Shown piece after piece: positions 18,168 to 27,031 of a stretch of 64,000 bases of DNA. Each line of letters opens with the position of its first letter. The first letter of the stretch is position 1. This DNA comes from a virus. Location of the stretch: IMG/VR virus record IMGVR_UViG_3300005096_000005, positions 106,139 through 170,138 of that record. One strand, given 5' to 3'. Below the pieces are notes generated by a model. The model made no database searches, had not been told where the DNA came from, and saw nothing but the letters and a program-made list of their open reading frames with translations. Both the position numbers and the translations under genes were made by a program.

Positions 18168-19948
18168 TATACTCCCACATTAACTGCAAATTGCAATTCC
18201 TCCAGAGTACCGATCACAACAAGCACGAGATCAATCTGCGCTTCATAAATGTCAATCTGAATTGCCGCAAGCGAGAAGTCATGTATCGACACCCCTACAT
18301 ACGGACGACACGCAGCCTTCGCAACAGCCTCAACTTGCTTCATTGGCACCCGTTGCCGGCCCAGAAACTTACCTTCCACAGCATACTTAATGCTGCGAAT
18401 AATCTGGTTCGCCACCCTGAGGTTCTTAATACTGCTCCAGCCCTGCTTGTTTCCGTTGTTGTCCTCTACCGGCACCATCGTCACATTAGTACCAAGAGTG
18501 TTTCCTTTTGCTATTGTATGCCTCACTGCGTTTACGCCTGAAGCTTTCAGGGTGGCAATGAAGGCTTCAAACAGAACGGGTGACCGTGAGTCGAGACCTT
18601 TGATTGGCTTGTTGAGAGGGTCTACCTCCTCTGGAAGACTTGACAGGACAGCGCCCGCCGCCGAGGATATATTGAAGTCCTCCTCTACGCGAGCCCCTGT
18701 TATAGGATCATTATACACGACCCGGGTATATCCGTAAACCGAATAGAGAAACTTAGCTCCAGGATGGATTGGGTAATACGACACTCTCATGTCCGAAAAC
18801 ACAGTTGAGGCCGGCAGAGAGGTCACAAGAACGGAAAGGGTGTTCCCCTTACTGCCAAAAAGAGAATACGTACCTCCCGGGGCTACCACTTGAGGTGTCC
18901 CCTGCCCTCCACCCGGCTCAGTCCATGTCAATTCGTAAGTAAGGTGGTTATATTCCACCACCCCAAAACCGCCCACAGTTCCGAAGGATGCCGAGATCAG
19001 GCCAACGCCTGGCATTCCCGTCCCTTCCCACTGAACGACAGAACCCCCTCTGAGCTGCATCAGACTAACAGGTACAGAACCCTCCGGTACCGTCTCCTTG
19101 TTTAGTTCAGCGTTTACTTCCTTGCAACGCCTGACTGTGGTCGCCGGAAGGACCGCGGCGATAGGGTGTACATACTTTGAGTGTTCGTAACAAAAGTCAG
19201 CAAGCTGTACCGCCAATAAGTTATCCATCCCAACATCATACAGATCGGCTATTGCGTCTGGAGCACACAGCGTTCCGAACCGGACTCTTGAAAGAGTCTG
19301 GTACGCAATGCTGTAAGCGTTATACACGTACTGATATGACCTCGGGGAACCGTCTCCCAAATTAAGATACTCATGGTAATCACCGGCCCTCATGAGATAG
19401 ATATCCCGAACACCATTCTGAAGCCGGGCCAGACGCCATGCCTTGTTTACCGTCGTGTGTGGAGGAAACAGCCTGTCCACCTGATACTGCTCGGTCGCCC
19501 GGAAAAGATGTCCATTAGGGACAAGGTTGCTATCTCCAAGCCCTACAATAACCATAGAGGAATCTGAAGTACTCTGTTCCGCAATCGAGGCTGGAAAGAC
19601 AGCCTTAATAAAACCATCGGGCCACGGAGTAACTACAAAGTCGTCAGATATCTCCTCATATATCTCGTCAGTTGCTACCTCCGTCTCAAACATCTGAACC
19701 ATAACTTTTGCATTAACTGTTGGGACACCGGCCGGGGCAAGGAAAGATGTTTGATTGACAGATACTTCAATCCTGGACTGACCGGGGGCAATACGGGACG
19801 TCGTGTCATTCCATGTCGCACCTCCGTCCCTACTGTACAGAATACGAACCCACCCTGTAGAGTAGTTGACGTCCCACTCTACATTAACCTGATCTATCCC
19901 CGGGCGGAACTCTGCAACATCAGTTCCTGTGCGATACACTCTTATCAC
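18167..19948 (-). CDS. Second tail-sheath-like protein with N-terminal Ig-like domain (593 aa)
   Basis: IVGLGD, QLADFCYEHS (cf. ILAEHCYQTS in the main sheath), IKNLRVANQIIRSIK...FLG...IDLVLVVIGTLEELQFAVNV. Confidence 0.65.
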   Translation of the reverse strand: MIRVYRTGTDVAEFRPGIDQVNVEWDVNYSTGWVRILYSRDGGATWNDTTSRIAPGQSRIEVSVNQTSFLAPAGVPTVNAKVMVQMFETEVATDEIYEEISDDFVVTPWPDGFIKAVFPASIAEQSTSDSSMVIVGLGDSNLVPNGHLFRATEQYQVDRLFPPHTTVNKAWRLARLQNGVRDIYLMRAGDYHEYLNLGDGSPRSYQYVYNAYSIAYQTLSRVRFGTLCAPDAIADLYDVGMDNLLAVQLADFCYEHSKYVHPIAAVLPATTVRRCKEVNAELNKETVPEGSVPVSLMQLRGGSVVQWEGTGMPGVGLISASFGTVGGFGVVEYNHLTYELTWTEPGGGQGTPQVVAPGGTYSLFGSKGNTLSVLVTSLPASTVFSDMRVSYYPIHPGAKFLYSVYGYTRVVYNDPITGARVEEDFNISSAAGAVLSSLPEEVDPLNKPIKGLDSRSPVLFEAFIATLKASGVNAVRHTIAKGNTLGTNVTMVPVEDNNGNKQGWSSIKNLRVANQIIRSIKYAVEGKFLGRQRVPMKQVEAVAKAACRPYVGVSIHDFSLAAIQIDIYEAQIDLVLVVIGTLEELQFAVNVGV

Positions 19949-20730
19949 GTGACTTCTATCTCCGTCCCGACTATTGTAAACTCATGCACATACACTTGCC
20001 CGACCACGCCGCTCCACACCGGAGCCACTTTGAAGTACCAGGTTCCGTCAAACTGGGGCCTGCCCGCAGTGTTCACGAATCTACTTGTTGTCTTTTGTGT
20101 GAGAAAAGCGTCTGCTTTGTTCTTTGTTATCGTCCAGGCGAAGTAATCGACAGCCTGGTCGAACTCCCATTCGAAAAAAGGTTCACTACCATTACAGACG
20201 CCACCATTGGGTACAATCACGTCTTTGCGGAGCTGCCCGTTCTCGTCCAGAAAAGCATCTTCCCACACCCTGACATTGGAAACTGTGGCATCCCAGACAA
20301 TCAACACAGGCTGAAACTTAAACCACTTCCATGCAGTCCACCACCGGAGAGCCGAGGGAGATTGTTCTCCCTCTGGATCCACCGTCGCTCTGACCGTAGC
20401 CCAATAGTCCTGGTTGGGTGTGAGGTTCATGGTCGTCGCAAGGAGAACCTCTGCATTCGGATCTATTGACTGGGTTATTCCCGGCGTAGGCACAAACAAT
20501 GCCGGGCTTGTTTGTTGGTGAAAGTGCGCTCCTGGAACAGGCTGCCGGAATTTGTCATACAGGATTACCTCAAACCAAAGCCGTTCATTGATGTCCCTGG
20601 AGTGGTCTGCTGCAAGATGAAACGACGCCCCTATTGCCTGGACGTCGTTCAGATTCTTGATGTCGTCCAGAGTGGGCGCACTGGCGCCGATCTGTCCGGC
20701 GCCTATGCCCATCTGCCCTATACTTCCCAT
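19945..20730 (-). CDS. Virion protein with FN3/Ig-like beta-sandwich domains
   Basis: LTPNQDYWATVRA and DGTWYFKVAP are FN3-like motifs; translationally coupled to neighbours. Confidence 0.55.
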   Translation of the reverse strand: MGSIGQMGIGAGQIGASAPTLDDIKNLNDVQAIGASFHLAADHSRDINERLWFEVILYDKFRQPVPGAHFHQQTSPALFVPTPGITQSIDPNAEVLLATTMNLTPNQDYWATVRATVDPEGEQSPSALRWWTAWKWFKFQPVLIVWDATVSNVRVWEDAFLDENGQLRKDVIVPNGGVCNGSEPFFEWEFDQAVDYFAWTITKNKADAFLTQKTTSRFVNTAGRPQFDGTWYFKVAPVWSGVVGQVYVHEFTIVGTEIEVT

Positions 20731-20731
20731 A

Positions 20732-20857
20732 TCACCACTTCTTCACGAAGCCGATAACTGCCGTCGGAGCCTTTCCTATGGTCTTTTCGACACCAAACGA
20801 GAGACGTGAATTCTTTTTAGCCTTAACAAGACCTACGAAAGCTTTCTTGTTCCGCAG
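20732..20857 (-). CDS. Candidate small basic protein (CTG start) or -1 extension of the holin
   Basis: An open frame fills the whole gap and ends in TGA immediately before the next ATG. Reads LRNKKAFVGLVKAKKNSRLSFGVEKTIGKAPTAVIGFVKKW; no ATG. Confidence 0.35.
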   Translation of the reverse strand: MRNKKAFVGLVKAKKNSRLSFGVEKTIGKAPTAVIGFVKKW

Positions 20858-20859
20858 AT

Positions 20860-21276
20860 CTAATCGGACTCCCCCAGGCTCTTGCCCTCCTCGAGTCCGC
20901 GTGTTGCATTAACGATGTCATGGATGCGGTCTTTCAGTTCCTCGTCATCCGGCACATTCACGCCAAGATTCGTTAACCCCTTCTTAACTACATCCATGGC
21001 CATATTGAGTTTGGCATCGCCAGTCATCTTTTCAGACTTCTCCTTGAGCAATCTACGAGCCGCCTCTTCGGTAGCATTTACGCCACGGATGCACAGGGCC
21101 GTGATCTTTGCTTCCAGGTCGTCGCTGATATCAATGTTTGTTGCGGTTTCAAACCTCACAATAACAGCGTGAACCAGTTTTGGCGCCTTGGCAACCAGAA
21201 TACCTACCAGGGCTGTGAGCCCCGCGGGGATAACCACCCCGTACAGCAATTGCTGTGCGTAAGATGTCCATTCCAT
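20860..21276 (-). CDS. Holin, LL-H-like family
   Basis: One N-terminal TM segment, then RGVNATEEAA...MTGDAKLNMAMDVV...LKDRIHDIV. ATG 21276 has SD GAGGTG; GTG 21285 is an alternative start. Confidence 0.65.
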   Translation of the reverse strand: MEWTSYAQQLLYGVVIPAGLTALVGILVAKAPKLVHAVIVRFETATNIDISDDLEAKITALCIRGVNATEEAARRLLKEKSEKMTGDAKLNMAMDVVKKGLTNLGVNVPDDEELKDRIHDIVNATRGLEEGKSLGESD

Positions 21277-21277
21277 G

Positions 21278-21640
21278 TTACTCACCTCTCCTTCGTTTCT
21301 TTATTAGAACCATAATCGCGACACTCATCACGAACATCACGACAAGTAACACTTCTTGTAATATGTGTGCGAGCAATGAAACAGAAACCTCCTCGACAGA
21401 AGGTGTCCAACCATAGTACCGGGTAACATTCAGAAGCCTCGTTACCAGCGTACCGGCTGCGAGCAACAGATAACCAACTACCATCAGAAACACCACCGGA
21501 AAGAATCCCTTTCTGGATCCTTTCTGGTGATCCTTCCAGAACTGATATACGACAGCGCCCCATGTCCCCAGGTTGAGAATCCCCAGAATACACAGAGCAA
21601 TGCTGTGCCCAATAACGGCTTTCGGATCCATCTCCCACAT
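21278..21640 (-). CDS. 3-TM membrane protein (holin/antiholin candidate)
   Basis: Three hydrophobic segments and a basic C-tail KKRRRGE; adjacent to the holin. Confidence 0.6.
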   Translation of the reverse strand: MWEMDPKAVIGHSIALCILGILNLGTWGAVVYQFWKDHQKGSRKGFFPVVFLMVVGYLLLAAGTLVTRLLNVTRYYGWTPSVEEVSVSLLAHILQEVLLVVMFVMSVAIMVLIKKRRRGE

Positions 21641-21649
21641 ACTGGCGCC

Positions 21650-21874
21650 TCATCCTTTGTTTGTAAACCACTTGTCCTGACCATTCAAGATCGACCTGTG
21701 ACTATCCTCTACAGCCTTTTTAATGGTCACAACACCCCCGTTTTGAACTACGACGTCTACGCTCTTTCCACATGCCTCCGCCGCATGAAGGAACTTTTCT
21801 ACTGTGTCTTCAAGCTTACTAACAGTTTTCCTGGCCGACTCTGGTATAAGAGCCGCTGCCTGCTCTGCATTCAT
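21650..21874 (-). CDS. Hypothetical protein (74 aa)
   Basis: ATGA-coupled to the upstream gene, with SD GGAG. Confidence 0.6.
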   Translation of the reverse strand: MNAEQAAALIPESARKTVSKLEDTVEKFLHAAEACGKSVDVVVQNGGVVTIKKAVEDSHRSILNGQDKWFTNKG

Positions 21875-22266
21875 TGGTATCTCCCTATTCCGTTCAACTT
21901 GCCCGAAAGTTCGCTGATACGATTTACGAGAGGGGCCAGGCCATCGGCAAGCCGGTTAAGGGTCTGCTCTGTCCGATCCCATAACCTGCGATTCTCTTCA
22001 CGCATGGTATTGTAATACTCTCCCATGTTCTGGTCGTGTCGAGTCTCGCTCTCCTCTTTACACAGGCGACACTTCTCAGCCTGACTTCGGGTCTCAAGAA
22101 CCAGCCGTTCTGTTTGTTCTTGTTGAGACTTTACCAGCACCTCGTACTTGTCGCACTGGACCTCATACTTGCGCCACACAACATAAAGTGCTATCCCTAA
22201 TCCAATTATAAGCAGTCCGGGGACTCCTACCTTGTCAAGGACGAATTGAATGATCGGTTCCCACAT
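21871..22266 (-). CDS. N-terminal TM plus coiled-coil protein (BhlA/XhlA-like lysis-associated candidate)
   Basis: Likely start MWEPIIQ (TAATG overlap). GVPGLLIIGLGIALYVVW TM segment followed by a heptad region. Confidence 0.6.
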   Translation of the reverse strand: MWEPIIQFVLDKVGVPGLLIIGLGIALYVVWRKYEVQCDKYEVLVKSQQEQTERLVLETRSQAEKCRLCKEESETRHDQNMGEYYNTMREENRRLWDRTEQTLNRLADGLAPLVNRISELSGKLNGIGRYQ

Positions 22267-22928
22267 TACACAAAAGCCTCCGCAGTAAACTCCCCGTCCT
22301 GGTACTTTATCCACGTCAGTCCGCCTTCAGCCGTCCCGGGGTTCACGAACTTGCACGGACCAACGTCCTGAACCGACTGGATGTGAGTATGCCCTGCCAC
22401 TGCCACATGACATCCGCTCTTTAGAGCCTTGTTTACCACCTCTGAGATAAACTGTTTATCACTACTATTGCGTCCTGATAACTTCAGGCAATTCCTCTTT
22501 ACTATGTAACGGGTTACTTTTCTGAAGACGCGAGTATTATCAATCCAGTCCGTAACCATAAAAATTGCTTTGTACCTTCCGAAGAGGTGCCCATGCGTGA
22601 TAAACCACCAGCGGCCATCTATCTCAATCTTGTGCCATGGGTACACCATCGGCCACGGAACCCACATCTCATGTCTCATGTCTCCATCATGGTTTCCCGG
22701 CACATAAAGCAGTACCCGTTCCCGAATTCGGGCCATCCGACTATAATAATGCTCATGACAGTATTCTGGACTACGCATCCACGCATCAAAGATGTCGCCA
22801 GCCAGAACGATCCAGGCATTTTCATCTTCTATCCGGTCCACTGTAGCATCAAACTGTCCGACGTCTACCTTTGGATGTTCCCAGTGAAGGTCGCTGAAGA
22901 TGTATATGGGACGACCCTTCGTCTTCAT
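22266..22928 (-). CDS. Calcineurin-like metallophosphoesterase (LpxH-like architecture)
   Basis: All five motifs present: SDLH, GDIFD, GNHD, HGH, GHTH, plus NPG. Start MKTKGRP has an ATGA overlap. Confidence 0.85.
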   Translation of the reverse strand: MKTKGRPIYIFSDLHWEHPKVDVGQFDATVDRIEDENAWIVLAGDIFDAWMRSPEYCHEHYYSRMARIRERVLLYVPGNHDGDMRHEMWVPWPMVYPWHKIEIDGRWWFITHGHLFGRYKAIFMVTDWIDNTRVFRKVTRYIVKRNCLKLSGRNSSDKQFISEVVNKALKSGCHVAVAGHTHIQSVQDVGPCKFVNPGTAEGGLTWIKYQDGEFTAEAFV

Positions 22929-23077
22929 GCCACCGCTTCCTCCCACTTCTTGCACGTCAAAGTATTCCCTGACACAAGTTGTTTAAGGAAATCTGTACAC
23001 CCTGCCTTGCACTTCGGTTCTTCAACATTGTCTTTGTTCAGGTTACTACAGTTTAAACATGTTTGTCCTGCTGACAT
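22925..23077 (-). CDS. Small Cys-rich protein (50 aa)
   Basis: MSAGQTCLNC...KCKAGC...TCKKWEE. SD GGAGG; coupled at both ends. Confidence 0.55.
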   Translation of the reverse strand: MSAGQTCLNCSNLNKDNVEEPKCKAGCTDFLKQLVSGNTLTCKKWEEAVA

Positions 23078-23078
23078 A

Positions 23079-24005
23079 TTACGCCCTCCACGTTTCCAAT
23101 TTGAACACAGCATACTTTTCAGTGGGAGTGGTTTCTCCCGAACTGAATCTGATACGAACAATATAGTCCGGGCTGAGAGCTGTAGCTGATTCTCTGGAGT
23201 CATTCGGCATTGGCTTTATGGTTTTACACATAGGCATTCTATCGCAGAAAGCCCCTCCATTCACCGTTGAACCCTGCGCCTGGAATGTCTTAGAGGCGTA
23301 GGGAACGCGTACTTCCGCATGAATCTGATCTCCATTAGCCCATCCATAATCCTCGTCGATCATACTGAGCCCTGCCTGGAAATCTGCCCCCGCAAGATCT
23401 GTCACTTCGTTCTGTCCGGTAACCCAGTAGTCGATGATGGTATCATCACCGTCTTTGTAAACTTCAACCTGGTCGGCGTCGACTGTAACCCCGATATCGT
23501 AGGTGTTGCTTAGATTCGCGGCCAGGGTAATGACATTGTTCGCCACATCAATAGAAGCAATGTAGCCGGTCTCCGCAACGCCTCCCCTATCTATCGTTAC
23601 CTGTTGGAAAAGGGAAAACCCCTTAACACTTGACACCGCCAGGTCTGCCTGAGCACTCACCGCCTGTGCAGTAAGTGTTACCGAGTTGTTACGTGGAGTA
23701 TAATCGGTAACCCTTTCGGGCGCTGTGCTCATGTTCAACCGAACCCCCGCGCCTTCGCATTTGAACGTCTGTCCATTCCTGTGGAACTGGAGCTTGACCT
23801 TCATTGCGCGATCGCGCTCCTCGTCCACCTTTGGATGTTCCTCGGTATCAATAGTAAGAACAATGGTAACAGAATCCGCATCGATAACATGACTGGCGTC
23901 GTTCTTGCATTGTGTCGGCGCGTCCTCAGTATCGTCGCGCCACTCATACACCAGGGCGGCCTCCGTCTCGCAATAATATCTGTACTTATACAATATCTCT
24001 GACAT
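23079..24005 (-). CDS. Virion structural protein (308 aa)
   Basis: SD AAGGAGG. N-terminal YKYRYYCETE...PTQCKNDASHVID motif; beta-rich body. Confidence 0.7.
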   Translation of the reverse strand: MSEILYKYRYYCETEAALVYEWRDDTEDAPTQCKNDASHVIDADSVTIVLTIDTEEHPKVDEERDRAMKVKLQFHRNGQTFKCEGAGVRLNMSTAPERVTDYTPRNNSVTLTAQAVSAQADLAVSSVKGFSLFQQVTIDRGGVAETGYIASIDVANNVITLAANLSNTYDIGVTVDADQVEVYKDGDDTIIDYWVTGQNEVTDLAGADFQAGLSMIDEDYGWANGDQIHAEVRVPYASKTFQAQGSTVNGGAFCDRMPMCKTIKPMPNDSRESATALSPDYIVRIRFSSGETTPTEKYAVFKLETWRA

Positions 24006-24014
24006 AAGCCCTCC

Positions 24015-24662
24015 TTAGAATATCGACACTCCCTTGGTTCTTGCTCTGACGAAATCTCCAGCCGCCCTCCTGATTTGCAACTCCATAACCGCTTTACCTG
24101 CAGGGAGATTTGTCAATGCGTTATCTGTCTCAAGGTTATCGTCGTTAATCGAATTGGACTCTGCGTATGCGATCTGGTTGTTGTTCGTTACATCATACAA
24201 TCTGCACTGAGCATAATTGCTGCCGGAGTCCGTATAGATAATAAACTCCGCGCACTCCGGCAGTCGATGCATATTGTCCGTTCCAGGAAATGTGAACGAC
24301 CGAACAGACTTCCACACAGTTCTCCTTGTGCTGACAAAGTCTTTGCCAGTATCACCACACGAGATAGTCCCTATCCACCCCTTCTCCCCCGCCGCCTCCA
24401 TTATCTCGAACTTGGAGGCCGGATCCATCCACTGACCCGCCTGTTCAGGCGTCTGCTCTACACCGTCAACAACCAACACAAGACTTCCGGCTGTGATGTA
24501 CGCCTGTATCTCGTCAGAATACGAGTGACACATCTCAGACTCACTAACGAGATCCGGGACAACGACGAGCGTACCATTATTTTGCGGAACCGACTTGCCC
24601 CCAAGCGTCTTTAGAATAATGGGTGACGCCGTCGTGTTTTTAAGTGTTATAGCTGTTGCCAT
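24015..24662 (-). CDS. Virion decoration protein (215 aa)
   Basis: SD AAGGAG. N-terminal ITLKNTT...IQAYITAGSLVL domain and C-terminal RLYDVTNN...NLPAGKAVMELQIRR domain. Confidence 0.65.
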   Translation of the reverse strand: MATAITLKNTTASPIILKTLGGKSVPQNNGTLVVVPDLVSESEMCHSYSDEIQAYITAGSLVLVVDGVEQTPEQAGQWMDPASKFEIMEAAGEKGWIGTISCGDTGKDFVSTRRTVWKSVRSFTFPGTDNMHRLPECAEFIIYTDSGSNYAQCRLYDVTNNNQIAYAESNSINDDNLETDNALTNLPAGKAVMELQIRRAAGDFVRARTKGVSIF

Positions 24663-24672
24663 GAACTACTCC

Positions 24673-26421
24673 TTAAGCTGTGAGCTCAATCTCTACCAGC
24701 GCGACAACGTCGCTCGGCGAAGAACCCACAAGGTTTGTCACGTAAACTGAGAGAAGATCTCCTGCCGCAAACGTATTGTTAGCGAAGGAGGCGCCATCGT
24801 CTTCTCCACCCGCCGCACCGCCAGTGAGGTTCACATCCACAGTCGCATCCAGCACAGCTCCGTTTTTATGAACCTCAAAATCTACCGAGGTTCCCGGCGC
24901 CGTTCCACACTGAACTGACATCCCCGTTACCTTGCCAGCCCTTATCGCTCGATAAGTTGACACAGAGCCGAAGATCCCGTTCACGCTTTTGAGATACGTG
25001 TCACCCGGCACAGTACTGCGACGGCCAAATGTCAAGATCAGTTTCTGGCCATTGCTTGGGGCACGATCGCAACGCAAAACACCTGCCGTATGCTTGATCG
25101 TGTCATCGTCAGTGTCCACTCCAGTGCCGTCGGTTGTTACAGTTACCGGAGCAACTGAAGTGTCAGTTCCAGAATACGCTTTGACCTTAAGATTCTCAGA
25201 ACCGTCATCCTCAAGACCGTCCCCGGCCACGTCGGAGGCATCAAAATTCAAGTTTCCTGACGCATCCTGCTGAAGACCGTCACCTGCTACGGCGGGCGCA
25301 AGCTTCGCTCCTGTAACTCCGTCATCTTTAAGCTGTATCTGGTTACTTGCATTGACCTCGAGAGTGCTGTCGTCCGTTACGGCTTCCAGTTCTCCAGAAG
25401 TCCCATTAACACGCAGGCCGCCATACTGATCTGCAGCTGTCGAATTAGTCTTCGGTGTCACCGCTATGTCGTCTGCCTGGAAATCAATTCCACCACGTTT
25501 TTCTATGACTCCAGAACCAACGTGCAGGATATTCCCGTTCTTGGTCATACCTACGCCAGCTGTAATTTGTCCTGCCCCACTGAACTGGACGAAGGAGAGT
25601 GCTGTGGTTCCTATGATGATGTCGTCATTGGATGTAAGTACCCACCCGGAATCTGCATTCTCTGCGCCTTCCGCGACAAACAAAAAGGCTCCTGCCGTGA
25701 CATCCGCGTCTTCATCGAAGTCTGCGGTCCGTGTCATCTGAACCCCGGACCCCTGGAAGGTATAGATACCATTCTCTTCGGGGGACGATGCCTGATTCTT
25801 CACGAGAACCCTGTCGCCAATATTGAGCGTGATTCCGTCAATGACCGACGTTCCCGGGTTGTTCAGATCCATGTCGGCTTCTGTGTTGGTCGTGGCGACG
25901 CGGACAGATTCCTTCGGATCAAGCCCCTGAGCCACAGAATCCACATAACCGCGATTGACCAGATCAGTGGTGCTAAACGATGTTGCAGATGAAGATATCT
26001 TCCCCGCACCCATCGCCAGATTGCCGCTGGCGTCCGTCTTAAGGACCTGTTCCGTTCCTGCGGGTGCGGCAGAGATGTTGGTTAAAGCGGCCAGAGCATC
26101 AAGCTTCCCGCCTCCGTCGACCCCCTCATGATTGTGTTCGGAATTGGTCTGATCTGTAATCTGCTGCTGTGTGTAAGTACCGAATGCTGCGACCGAAGTA
26201 ATATCCTTCGTCCCGCTCGGCGTCTCGACCACCAGCACGTTATCCGTAGACAGTACCAGATCGCCCCTTTGAAGAGCATCCCCTATCTCGGCATCTGTGA
26301 AGCTGAGGGTCAATTCGAGCTCTCCGCCTCCCGCAGCAATGGGAGCGGCGAACCCTAACTTTGAAACATCCCACGTATTCGACGCGTGGTCGTTTCGCAA
26401 CTTCCTGAGTCTTGCTGACAT
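24673..26421 (-). CDS. Head/tail fibre-like decoration protein (582 aa)
   Basis: VNRGYVDSVAQGLDPKESVRVATT...GDRVLVKNQ...ENGIY...FVQFSGAGQITAG module; AGDGL repeats; C-terminal jelly-roll-like domain. Confidence 0.75.
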   Translation of the reverse strand: MSARLRKLRNDHASNTWDVSKLGFAAPIAAGGGELELTLSFTDAEIGDALQRGDLVLSTDNVLVVETPSGTKDITSVAAFGTYTQQQITDQTNSEHNHEGVDGGGKLDALAALTNISAAPAGTEQVLKTDASGNLAMGAGKISSSATSFSTTDLVNRGYVDSVAQGLDPKESVRVATTNTEADMDLNNPGTSVIDGITLNIGDRVLVKNQASSPEENGIYTFQGSGVQMTRTADFDEDADVTAGAFLFVAEGAENADSGWVLTSNDDIIIGTTALSFVQFSGAGQITAGVGMTKNGNILHVGSGVIEKRGGIDFQADDIAVTPKTNSTAADQYGGLRVNGTSGELEAVTDDSTLEVNASNQIQLKDDGVTGAKLAPAVAGDGLQQDASGNLNFDASDVAGDGLEDDGSENLKVKAYSGTDTSVAPVTVTTDGTGVDTDDDTIKHTAGVLRCDRAPSNGQKLILTFGRRSTVPGDTYLKSVNGIFGSVSTYRAIRAGKVTGMSVQCGTAPGTSVDFEVHKNGAVLDATVDVNLTGGAAGGEDDGASFANNTFAAGDLLSVYVTNLVGSSPSDVVALVEIELTA

Positions 26422-26466
26422 TGGTATGTCACCTCCGTTAAGATTGTTATAACAAACCGCCCCGCA

Positions 26467-26988
26467 TCACTGTCTCCATCGCAGTTCCACGAGTACGGAA
26501 GGCTTCTCAGCCTGACCACTCACAACACGGCAAGAGAGCTGTTCTCCAGCCTCAAACGTCTTGGTTGTAAGGTTTGCTACATAGCCCACTTTCTGACCTG
26601 CGGCTATGGTCACATCAATAGAAAGCGTATTGGCGGTAACTCTGAGAGTAACAGGAGCCACAACATTCTGTGTAACAGCAACCGCCACAGATAAAACTTC
26701 TCCCTTAACCGCCAGCGGAATACCCACCACATTGCTGGGGATCCCGTTGGCCCACAGATACTGCCCGGGAACAACAAGAGCATTCCTTCCCATCTGTACA
26801 GCAAGAGCTCCGAATCCGCTATGCCAGTGCATGCTGTCTGCGTTCTTACCTTCTGTGAGGGCTTCCTTCTGCGCCGCAGACAGGAACTTGTTTTCCTGGC
26901 CGTAATCGGTCAGCTTGTCGGTTTGAATGCCATTATACCCCGCACTCTTAGGGGCAACATCCTTGTCTCTTGTCAGCGTTTTAGCCAT
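26467..26988 (-). CDS. Short fibre/decoration protein (173 aa)
   Basis: ALTEGKNADSMHWH motif; C-terminal domain paralogous to that of 24673..26421. Confidence 0.65.
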   Translation of the reverse strand: MAKTLTRDKDVAPKSAGYNGIQTDKLTDYGQENKFLSAAQKEALTEGKNADSMHWHSGFGALAVQMGRNALVVPGQYLWANGIPSNVVGIPLAVKGEVLSVAVAVTQNVVAPVTLRVTANTLSIDVTIAAGQKVGYVANLTTKTFEAGEQLSCRVVSGQAEKPSVLVELRWRQ

Positions 26989-27004
26989 AGCTCACTCTTT
27001 CCCA

Positions 27005-27013
27005 ATTATAGCA
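27005..27013 (-). promoter_or_regulatory. Candidate internal extended -10 promoter (TGcTATAAT)
   Basis: Intergenic, upstream of the 26988 start; no consensus -35. Confidence 0.4.
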
Positions 27014-27031
27014 CTGAGCTGTCACATAATG

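Noticed and set aside
8274-19948. Extracellular contractile injection system (eCIS/tailocin) interpretation
   Set aside because: Terminase, portal, protease and capsid genes are in the same operon, so this is a phage.
21278-22266. Rz/Rz1 spanin pair
   Set aside because: No nested or adjacent lipoprotein with a convincing lipobox was found.
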